A stretch of 64,000 bases of DNA from the human T2T-CHM13v2.0 reference genome, Homo sapiens: NCBI RefSeq assembly GCF_009914755.1, contig NC_060935.1. One strand, 5' to 3'. The translations under genes were made by a program, and so were the position numbers. Every line of letters starts with the position of its first letter. Position 1 is the first letter of the stretch. The notes under the pieces are model-generated. The model had not been told where the DNA came from. It saw only the letters and a list, made by a program, of their open reading frames with translations, and did no database searches. Positions 37,061-47,816 of this stretch are shown here, in pieces.

Positions 37061-39809
37061 TACACTAACTTACACTTTATCTCTCTCTGGCTCTAGGCTA
37101 TCATTGACCCTCTTGTTTCTGGATCAGGTGAGAACCTTCTCTTTTCAACCTTGCTATTCTAATAGGGACACACATGTCTTCTGATCAAAACCACACTAGC
37201 TTCTCTGTACATAGGAGCTATTCACAACGCAGGTGCACAGGCCCCTATGCCTGTCACTGAGAGAAAGCCTGTGACCTCTGGGTGTTCTGCAGCCAGTGTG
37301 GTGGGCCGAGAGGGAGCCCCCAGTTCCCCCAGCCCACCGGCTCACTGCACAGATTGCTGGCTAATGGGGCGGAGCTAGCTGAAGTGCCTTCTATTAATGG
37401 AGCAGAATATAAACAGAATAAAGCCTTCATTTCCCAGGCTGTGGTTTCATTATTAATATACTTCACAGGTTGTACGTTTGCGCCCGTGTTTTCTCAGCTG
37501 GTGTAATCTGCGGCTCTGAGTGAGAACAGTCATAAAATTTTCATTTCCAGTTGAATGTGCGTCCAATTCGCCGTGAAATGTTCTATCTGTCGTGAATATT
37601 AAGTGCACTGAAGCAATGGCTGCTGGATTAGGCAGAGAGGTTCCCCGGCCCCTGCCAGGCCTGGCAGAGGACAGAGGTTTGCCGGGGCATGGGTGGAACT
37701 TTAACAGGGAAGCTGCACCGTGTGAAGTCTGTTTTCTTGTGGCCGCCTCCTGGAGCTTTGGTGGAAGAGAAGGAACCTACTGTCCAGGCGGGGGAGAGGT
37801 CAGAAATAATGGAGACTGTGCACCTCAGGGCCAATAAAAAGCATTCAGACGGGAGGTGAAAGGGCACAGGAAGTTCAAGTGCAGAGTAGAGAAGTGGAGG
37901 GCCAGGTAATGCCAGGACAGAGGTGAGGAGGGAGGGGATTGCAGAGGAGAGAGCAGGCCTGAGGGGAGCGTGCACCGGGGAGGCTGGTTGTCAGGCATAA
38001 TATTAGAAAGAGCAAGCGGAGCATTTTATGCACGGTGCCTTTTTAGATACATCAATTAAGCGCTGAGGAGAGAGCACGATGGAGGAGGTGCAGGGAAAGG
38101 CTGGGAGTGACAGCAATTAGGAGAGCCTTTCTGTACGACGGCCTGCAGTCCTGGTGCGGGGCAGAGCGTCACGGGGACTCTGTCCTAAGAACAAATGTTT
38201 CCCACTGCCAGCTGGCCTGCAGTGGATGTTATTTGCCTCCCAGCACTGACTTAGTATCCCTTCCCCTCATGCCACTACTCGGCTCAGCCATGCCAGCTGG
38301 CTCTTCCCTCCAAACCCTTCCTCTCCTCTTTCTTAGGAGTTGCAGCATTGTGCCAGTTTCAGGGTTGAAACTCCTCGGTTGCTCCCACAGTGTGCAGAGA
38401 GACTCGGGGAGCCAAGGCCAGTAGGAGTAGAAAGCCCGCAGGATTTGATCTTCTCTACTCATCCCAGCTGCCGCGTCAGGATCTTTTCTCCCCGGGCGGC
38501 CACGTGCCCCTGTCCTATAGGGGTTTGATGAGAGAGCTGCCCCGGGCTAGAGGAGAATGAGAGGCAAATAGGAAGACTGAGTAGAGAAAGTGGAGTCTCC
38601 TTGCCTTGGGCCCACAGCCTCCTTAGCAGCACTGAGCGGAACTGGCTGTGCCCTGCAGGAGAATCCCAGGAAGACACCCGCTTTGTTTTCCCAGAACTAA
38701 AGTGCTGATTCAGGCAAAGGGGCCTTTGCCGCACCTCCCGCACAGGTGGGACTCCTCCAAGCCTGCCCGGTGGCCCACGGAGGGTGTGAATGCCTGTGCG
38801 CGTGCGTGTGTGTCTCCACCGACACAATCGCACAGTGAAAGTCAAACAGTTCGTTCTATATCTCTTGGCTTTTTACAGTTAAAGCTCCCAACAGCCCAGT
38901 GAAACAGCAATGGTGATTTTCCTCCTTTACAGGTAAGGAGCACCGCACGGCCACAGATTAAGTGATTCTGCCGAGGTCACAGAGCTGAACTCCCAGTGGA
39001 GGCAGAACAAAACCCTTTTATTCCAATCTGGAGCCATGTGCACTCTCCCCCTCCTCCAATTATTGATAGTTGACTCCCTCTCTGGTTTCCAATTGTTTTG
39101 CTTTGGATAATATTCAAATAATTTTGTGTTTCTGAAACGCACACCTGCGGTGAGGAGTGAGTTGAGAGGAAGAAGCTGAAAAATGAGCTGAGCTGAGATA
39201 TTAAAGTGGTAGAAGAAGAATAACTTACCAAGTGACATCCTAAACACATGTAGTTATAGCTCGGGAAGGCATCGTCTGTTTCGTATGTCGGCCGTCCTTT
39301 CACACGCCAGTCACATACCGACTCACCTTCATTGTGAGCAGAAGCCTTGAGAACAAAGCTCAGCATCCAGCATGATGCCTACAGCAGGCAAGAGCCCGGC
39401 CACCCTCTCTAGCCCCAGGCTCATTCCCTGCCCTTGCTCCCCACTGTCCTGCGTCTTCCCAGGGTGGACTCCAGACATTTAAGCTTTGCAGATACTGTTC
39501 CCTCTGCTGAGAAAACCACTCCATCCTCCTCCCCTCCCCAAACCTGGTGCCCACCCTCACATCCTTCCAGAGGCAGCAGACAGGCTGCCTCTTTGGGAAA
39601 CCTTCCTGGGCACCAGTTTTCACCCCCAAGTGTGGCCCCTCCTCCTGGGCTCCCCATGAACTTGACATGCACACATCTCAGGCTCATCATTGATCGCCCT
39701 GTGGTTTGCCATCTGCGTGTATGTCCAGCTCACAGAAGAGACAGGGAGGTTGTCAGAGACCCTAGAACATCCATCCTTGGACACATACTCAGGGCCTGGG
39801 CATTGGAAT

Positions 39810-39960
39810 TATACAAATTTGGGTTTTAAGCCCAATGTTGCCGCTTAGTTGCTATGAGGCTCCTGATGAATCACAAAACCGGCTTAGGCCTCTGTTTTTA
39901 CATCGCAAAAATGGGGATCATAACTTCCTCAGAGGCAGGTTGTAAGCAAGCAATCAGTGA
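39810..39960 (+). mobile_element. MIR SINE
   Basis: gggttttaagccc...ggcctctgtttttacatcgcaaaaatggggatcataa. Confidence 0.6.
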
Positions 39961-41777
39961 GGAAATATATACGTGCTATAGAAAACTTAGATACTTTTGC
40001 TTCCCTTCTCTTTAATAGATGTCTCTTCTTTCCAATAAATGTTTACTGGGTGAATAAATGAATAAGAAAAAAACATATAATGAAGTGCAAAATTGTTTGG
40101 TTCAGACTCAAACTATACTGGAGATTCAGAAGGAAAATATCATCAAAAGGAAGTATGGCCAGGGTCTTCAAGCAGGAGGTGGGCCATGGAGGGATCCTGG
40201 ATTCGGGGATAAGAACCCTTTAAAGTTGGATCTAGGAGACCACCCTCTGCACATTCTCATACCTTCCTCCTTTCCTTTCCTTTTGGATTTCCCTTCTTTT
40301 CTCTGTCTCTTTCTCTATCCCTGTCTCTTTTCTACTCTCTGATTTCTTTCACTTGTTGGACCTGAACACTTAGTAGACACTTGCTACCTCATTTTACCCC
40401 CTGTGTATCTCTAATCTTAAATCTGAACTAGTTAACCCCTGAGAAAGGTCATTTCCAGCTCTTAAATCCTTGGATTTTCCAAGAGCCTCACCTTCTCTCC
40501 ACAGGCCCTAGAGAGAGCACCTGAAATGCCATTAAATGGTCACAGCCCACAGCATCCAAACAGGGAGAAAATGGAGAAATTAGGAGAAAGTGCTCCCAAA
40601 ATGTTCTTGTCTGATGAATCTTTAATTCTACCCCTTGTGACTCAGAACTCCTGCCCTTAAACTGCATTCAGAATGCATTTCGCCAGTGTCCCATTCTCAG
40701 GGAGGGAGAGACAGGGGAAAAAACTGCTCATCCTTCTCCTGGCTTGTCACTGTAGAGTTGAGATAATAATAGTCTTTTTCTGATCCCCTGAACTTTCCCA
40801 TCTGCTTCATAAAACAATGGCAATTTTTTTCCCTTGCTCTGTCTTCCTCTCTCTCTTTTATTTTTATCCTCCTACACTATAATTTAAAACTGTGGCAGTG
40901 CTATAGCCCTTGAGGTTTTTTTTTTCTTTCTTCTCCCCTTGCTTTAATACATGACTGTTATTTAAAATGGCCTTTCATCTGAGCACCAGGAGGCTGCCTG
41001 AGCAAGCTGCCTCCTGCTTTTAGAGAGGGAGGGTAGGGCCAGTGTGGTCCCTGGTCTCACCTAGCACCTAGTTCTCTTCAGTACTGCCATGCAAATCAGA
41101 AGTGTTGTTTGTTCTTTCTGAAAGAAGACATCGGAAGCCAAGGTCTGGAAGTGCCCCTCCCTCAGAAATGGACGTCATATCAAGCTGGTGGCTGTCAGTG
41201 GTCCACCACGCATCAGGTCTAAATAAAGCAATTTCAGCTGAAGGCAGTAAATTCAGTGTGCCCATTGATGCCAGGAGGGAAACATGTATCAGCCACTCAG
41301 CATGGAGACTCAGCCGTTGCTATGCAGGCTTTTGCTCAGCTGCACTGCCAATCACCATTCAGATGCATCTCTCCTCAGCTGGATGGGCACTGCATAGGAA
41401 AGGGTGGTGGTCAGGGACTTCTTTCCCGGGGGAAATGTCATCTGTTTTGGGGATCAGAAAGGAAGGTGTCGGACACTGGTGTTTCCCATACCAACTCTGC
41501 AGCCTTCCCTGCCATGGATGCTCGTTCAGCTGCTGCTTTGGAGCACTGGCTGGAACATGCTCCACACACTTCCTGTCTCTGTGACAGTTCAGTTCCATGA
41601 CTGCACCTGTACCTCTGAAAGTGATTTTGGCCTTGTCTTTTCTCTCCAAGCTCTCTCCAGAGCCCCCTCTGAACTGGCATCAGCAAAGCAATCATATTCT
41701 AAATGAGCTTCATGAAGAATATGCCATTGCAGTAAAACACCAGAGACAGGATAAGGCTGAAGGCTAGAAAATAAATC

Positions 41778-41818
41778 GTGTGTGTGTGATGAGAGGGTGT
41801 GTGTGTATGTGTGTGTGA
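41778..41818 (+). repeat. Two short (TG)n tracts
   Basis: gtgtgtgtgtgatgagagggtgtgtgtgtatgtgtgtgtg. Confidence 0.9.
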
Positions 41819-42359
41819 GGGTAAGGTGTGTTCCAGCCCTCATGAACGTGGTGATCACTTCCTTCTTGAATTAAGCAGCCCTCCTGTCAGCTGGAGAAAG
41901 AACTCCCTGGAGAAGGCAGGGACCGCCTATCCCCAGCTGATCTGCTGAGGAGGCCACCCACCTGCAGGAGATGGACAACATTTTAATCCTGGCTACGTGG
42001 GTTGTTTCCTTGTGTGATGCCCAGAAGGACTGGCGGCAGGAGGAAATTCCTGGAGAAATTGTCTCTTGAGTCAGGTTGTTGGATTTCAAATCCTAGGTGT
42101 CATTGCTTCAGTCCCTCCTTCTCCTTAGAATCCTCCTTTCCTTTAAACACTGGAAATGATTCTTAAAACCATGTACAACTATTAAGGTGAGAAAGGCTGA
42201 GAAGTCAGGATCCAGGATTTTCTCCTGAATGTGATCTCTCACCCTGATGTGGTGAAGGTCATGGCCTCCAGCCAGGCACTTTCTCTCGGTTTTCTCTTCA
42301 ACTCATTAAAGGACCATTTTAATCAATGTTTTTACCTTCCCCCCGATAATCCAAGGATG

Positions 42360-43990
42360 TCCAAATAATTTTAATTTTCTCTCTCTTGGCCCAACTTCAT
42401 TGCCATTGCTGGTATATAGCTTAATTAACAATCTATTTTAAGATATTGTTTTAAATGATTTTCACTTATCACCAATTTATCACCTTCTTTCTGTTTATTT
42501 CTTCCTGCATCTTAGACCTTACATCTGGGATTATTTTCCTTCTGCCTTAATCCTCTTTCGAATTTCCTCTGGGAGAGCTCTGCTGCTAGTGGCATATTTT
42601 CTCAGTTTTTGTTTAGTGAAAATGTCTTATTTTGTCCTGATTCCTGAACGGTACTTATTCTGATACAGAATGTTAAGTTGGAAGTCATTTTCTTTCAGTT
42701 TCCTAAGGAACATTTGGCTCTCAGTTCTGCTGTTGAGAAGTCAGCTGTCAATCTTATTTTTATTTCCATGAACGTTTTCTGCCTTTCTGCCCAACCTCCA
42801 ACAACCCCTGTTGCTTTTAAGATTTTTTCTTTGGATTTGGCTTTTTGCAAGTTCACGATGCTGTGTTAGCTATAGATTTCTTTCTTTAACTTTTCTTCAG
42901 ATTTGTTAGTATTCTGGAATCTATGGATTAATTTTTTTATTACTTCTGGAAAATTCTCAGCCATTGTCTCTTCAAATATTGCCTCTTGTCCCCTTTTCCC
43001 TTTCTTCTCTCCTTTTGGGACTCCTCACTAAATGTAGACAAGACCCCTCCCTCTGTCAATGCCCTTATGCATTGTTTGGCATTCTTCATCTCTTTGTCTC
43101 TTCACACTATTCACTTTTTTTTTTTTCGTTACTTAACTTACAGTTAATTGATTCTCTCTTTAGCTGTGTCTCATATTCTTTTACACCTTTACACCAGTAT
43201 TTTTAATTTTTCTTTTCTAGAAGTCCTATTTTTACTTTTTTTCCTCAAATATGCTAGTTACCTTTAATAGGTTTATTTTCCAATATTATTAGTCAAGTTT
43301 GTCATGCATTTCTTTATATAAAGATATTTGTTTTACAGTCAATGTTTCATGATTCCATTATCTGATATATTTGTATATGTTTCTGTTTTCTATTTTATGC
43401 TGTTCTCACTCTTAGTATCATGTTTTCTTGTGTGCCTGGTTACTTTTGGCTCTGTGAGGCTCATTGTATTTTTTTACAAAAAGCTGAAAAATTTTGAGCC
43501 CTAAAATGAAAGCACCTTCCCTAAAGAATGATTTATATTTACTTCTGCAAGATGACCGAGGTCTATGTAAACTCCATTAAGGGTGTCTAATTTCTGAGCT
43601 AGCCCAGGTAATTCAAACCGTAACACAATTTCTTGGAGAGAATGTTTGTCTTTTGGTTCACTCCCACCTTGGGGATGCAGCTTTTTGCAGTCTCCACTTA
43701 TTGTACAGAGCTTTTCCTGTTAGACTCCATCACTTCAAAAGGGTGTTGGGCTTTGATTCCTGTTCCCCTGTCCTTTCAGATTGTCAAACAAAGGCTTCAA
43801 TTTACCTGACTCAGCAAATGCCCTCAGGTCAGGAACCAGCTGTCTCTTGGTTCATGTTTTATCTTTAATTTAGGGTCTGGTAATTCTGTACCAGGAAGGA
43901 AGCTTTTGATACTTTTAAGAAAGATGTAAACTGTCTCATCCAGTTCCTTTGGTAGTTTTCAAAGGGAGGGTAGCCTGAATAACCTAATCT
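42360..43990 (-). mobile_element. Ancient L1M/HAL1-type LINE fragment (ORF1 region), antisense
   Basis: ctcagtttttgtttagtgaaaatgtctt...gttgagaagtcagctgtcaatct...tctggaaaattctcagccattgtctcttcaaatattgcctct; long T-rich stretch. Confidence 0.75.
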
Positions 43991-45269
43991 GCAGTACCTG
44001 TTTAAACCACATCGCACATCTGCTCTCCATCCACAGCTTGAAACTTCCTTATGCGATGATGAGCCTACCTATGAGGAAAGGGCAAGGCATGTGGAAGCCA
44101 CTCCACTGCTCACCAGCTGTTTCACTTTGTACAAAGATCAAAGTTTATATCTTTCTGTGTCTCAATATCCTTGGATGCGAAATGGCGGGACCAATAGCCT
44201 GAAGTGCCTGTGCCTACCCCACAGGGTTATTCCAAAGCTCAAAATGATCCTCGGTGTGTATTTTGCTGGACTCAGTGGTACGTATGAATGTGCCGTTTGG
44301 AATTTCAAGCCTACTACTTATGTGTGGGACTTGGAATTTTCTGGCTTGTCAAAGAGGGGAGGGCCAAAGGGCAAATGTAGGGCCAGGAAGAGGCGCAGGC
44401 TTCCACCCATGAGAAGAAAATCTTTAGGCTAACAGTGACAAAGCACAGCAGCAGTAAAGCACAGGTGCTCCAAACCTGAGGCTTGCCTCACCCTGCCTTT
44501 CCGCCCAGACAGAGAGTGATGACTGGGAGGCAAGGCCGTGGCCTTCTGTTTGGAATGTCTTGAAAGCAGGTTTGTCCTTGGAGCACTCCCTGCCATAAGC
44601 CCCTCAGCCTCCCTCCTACCTCTCCTTTTCCCTCCCCTCTTAGCCAGGGCTGGCCGCTCAGCGTCAGTTCTACTTGGCAGGCCTTCTTTTCCTCATCTTT
44701 ATCTTAGCATTTGTTTCCCATCTTATGAAAAATTGCTTATCTACCTACAATCAACCTTTCAGCTCAGCTCCCTATCAGCTCCTTTATCAGCTCTACCATC
44801 CTAACTTCTCATTTGTTTCTGACAGGCATCCTGTAACAAATTCTTAATTTGATGAGCTTGATATAGCCCACTGGCTAAACAGTGAGCTGAAGCCAGGGCT
44901 GGCTGCAGGAATATCCCATACTGTTCAGCCACCCATTTTCTTGAGAGCAGAGAGTCCCCAAAAAAGGGTGGAAATGGGAGAGGAGCAATTCTGTGGGGCA
45001 TATGGCAGCAGGAAAAGAAAGCCTGGAACAACAGTTTTCCATGGGGAAGCCTGGAAGACAGTGTTGGACAGAGGCACCTGAGGCCAGAGATGTAGATGGG
45101 TAGATGAATAAGAAGTTGGTTAATAAAAGAGAGAGAAAAACAACTTGCAGCTTTGAGATACTTCTTGGTAATTATAGATGGGAAACACAGGCTCGGATAC
45201 ATGAATACCTGGGTCTTTTTGTCCTGATATATGGCTGGGTAATCAGAGCAGCCGTCCATGTGCACCATG

Positions 45270-45550
45270 ATTTCTGAAACCATTGTTCAGAGTGACATTG
45301 ACTGTCTCTGAAAGGTTAATGGGTATTTACGTAGGGAGGAAAAATGTACCTTGGTTAAATAAGTTTAAGCAACTGTGTGTGCTCCATTTCCCATTTGGAG
45401 ATCCATAGGATATAAGAACTTAAAGATTCTAAAAATCCTGCCCTTGATCTAACGAACCCAGTTTCCCCAGACTTGTGTGACAAAGATGTCCTCTTTGCAG
45501 AATACTAATTACAGTACCGTCTTGCAGGATACTTAGAAGAAAATGTTGAT
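45270..45550. mobile_element. MER103-like hAT-Charlie relic
   Basis: ttggttaaataagttt...cagtttccccagacttgtgtgac internal inverted segments. Confidence 0.45.
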
Positions 45551-45714
45551 TCTAAAGCCATAGTAGGCTCTGTTTTACCTCTGCTGCTATTAAGGGATTC
45601 TCTGTCCAACAACAATGTTTCTAGAATGGTAACTGTGAGCAAAATGTCCTTTCTGGAACACATGCCATGTCCTGGAGCTTAGGATCTGGTAATCTTCTAT
45701 CTCACTATCTGATG

Positions 45715-45950
45715 ATGATAATGACCCCCCATTTATTGAGGGCCTGTTAATCTCCTAGGTGCTTTTTCTATGCATGACTTCTAATCCTCACTATGATCCC
45801 ACAGGAGAGATAGCATTACCCCATTTCTTCTATGAGAAAATTGAGAGTCGGGCTTATTAAATAATGTGCCCAAGGTAAGCGGCTAAGCCAGGATTTCATC
45901 CAAGGTCTGGCTAACTCTAACATAATGTTTGTTTTCATCACACTATACCC
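45715..45950 (-). mobile_element. MIR SINE
   Basis: atttattgag...taatcctcac...attaccccattt...atgagaaaattgag...ccaggatttcatccaaggtctg. Confidence 0.7.
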
Positions 45951-46089
45951 ATTATGAAAATGGGGCAGATTTCAAAAAACAGAGAAGAATGATTTAAAAA
46001 GCAAATAAATTTAGCAGCCTGTCTAGTTACATACAAGGACCACTTATTGATTGAATGCTAGCTCTAGGAAAACAAAAATCTGAAAATTA

Positions 46090-46250
46090 TCTAGTCCTAT
46101 TGTTTATTTTTCCCCTTGTAAATAAAGAAACTGAGATCTGTAGAAAGTAAAATGACTTGCTCAGGCTCACGTGGCCAGCTGGTTTCAGAGTCAACATGAT
46201 CACTACCAATTACCCTGACTTCCAGTCCAGAGTTACTTATACCCATAGTG
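46090..46250 (-). mobile_element. MIR SINE
   Basis: aaagaaactgag...aaatgacttgctcaggctcac...tgacttccagtccag. Confidence 0.65.
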
Positions 46251-47330
46251 ACTTTTTCCCCCTCCTCTCAGAGACTGTTTTTCAGGCTAAGACTTGCCAA
46301 AATGCTCAATTTGCAGTGTGAAGATGATAAAGACCTCCTCAGGCCTGCCCTCAGCTCGGCCCCTCTATGAGGAGGCATCAGGAACAAAGGCTGTCCTTTC
46401 CATCTGCATATACTGAGGACCTCGTGCAGAGGACATAGGAGCTCAGCTTGCCATCGTGCTGCACTCTCCTGAGTTCTCCCTGGATATGGAGTCTGGAGAA
46501 ATGAGGCAGTCTCTGCAGGTTTAGCTGGGAACTCAAGCCAAGCAGGGGCTGGAAGGCAGCTCTCTGGACTCTGCCAAAGCCTCCTCTCACCTGGTGTTGT
46601 TTGCTATCCAGACTCTTCCTGTCCACCAACTCTTCTAGATTTGAGCTGCCAAGTAAAGCCGGCAGCCAGGCACTTAGCCCTTAGACGCACTGACAGGGCC
46701 TGTGTGTTCTACTGAGCACCCGGCTAGAGACAGACCTTATCTCCTGCCTGCCCCTCCCTGGGGAGTGTCTCCCCGCAACCCGTCTTCATCCCCAGCATTC
46801 TTCAATCTCCTTCTCGCCCACTTGTCTCCTGGTTGCTTCTCCTATTATTTCTGTGATTCCTCTCTTCCTTTTGTCTTTATCTAGAACTGTTGCTTTGTTT
46901 CCCCCTCACCTTTTCCCATGTTTCACAGAAGGCCAGTCTCCTTTTCCCCACGTCTCTGTACACACCCACTGTGAATGCACTTTGTTTTCACCTCTCCTCA
47001 GCTGCTCAGTCCTCCTAAGTGTCTCTCTGTGCTCCGCCGTGGCATTGTTCTCAAGTCCCATCTACCGCTGGCCTTCCTTTGGCCACTCTTCCCTCATTCC
47101 TTTAATTTTCTTTGACCTCTTTGTATATTTTTCTTCTCCAATGTGATCCCTTCTCTCTCTCCCACTTCTATAAAAGACTCGGTTTCTGCATCACTGGAAG
47201 ACCGCACCACCATTCTGTGGTGATGGTGATGGCTGCTGGGTTAAAGGAAATCAGTGTCTCCTCTTCTGGATGGGTTTGGATGGTTTCCAGTGAGGTCAGA
47301 ATCCTGTTGCCCCTGCTGGGATTCTCCAGC

Positions 47331-47545
47331 CTGGGGTTCTCATTCTTGGCGCCATTGATATTTAGGCTGGCGAATTTCTTCTTGTGGGGGCTGTTCTGTG
47401 TATGATGGGATACCGGGCAACACCCCTTATCTCTACCCACTAGATAGCAGTAACAAGCACATCCCAATTGTGATAAACAAAAATGTCCCCAGACATTTCC
47501 AGATTTCCCCTGGGAGGCAACATCTTCCCCATTTGGGAAGCACAG
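47331..47545 (-). mobile_element. MER20 hAT-Charlie MITE
   Basis: cattgatatttaggctgg...ctctacccactagatagcagta...caaaaatgtccccagacatttccagatttcccctgggaggcaa. Confidence 0.85.
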
Positions 47546-47727
47546 CCCTAGCCCACAGCCTGCAGCCTTGCTTCTAGAACCACATGCGGAGTTGAGGTTT
47601 CTATGCCTGTTGGATAAGCAGAAAAAGATGTGGAAGTGGTGGATGCTGTCAGTGGAGACACAAGAAGTGTGTTTGCCAAGATAAATTTGAGCCTGAACAT
47701 TTTTTTTATCTCTTTGGTTTGAGTCTG

Positions 47728-47816
47728 ATCTCTTTCTACTCCTTTCTTTTAGCTCTTTAGCTCTCTTTTGGCTCTCTTTTAGCTGTCTTTTAGCTCTTTC
47801 TTTTAGTCTTCTTTCA
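47728..47816 (+). repeat. Degenerate ~11-bp pyrimidine-rich tandem repeat (GCTCTCTTTTA)n
   Basis: ttcttttagctctttagctctcttttggctctcttttagctgtcttttagctctttcttttag. Confidence 0.8.
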
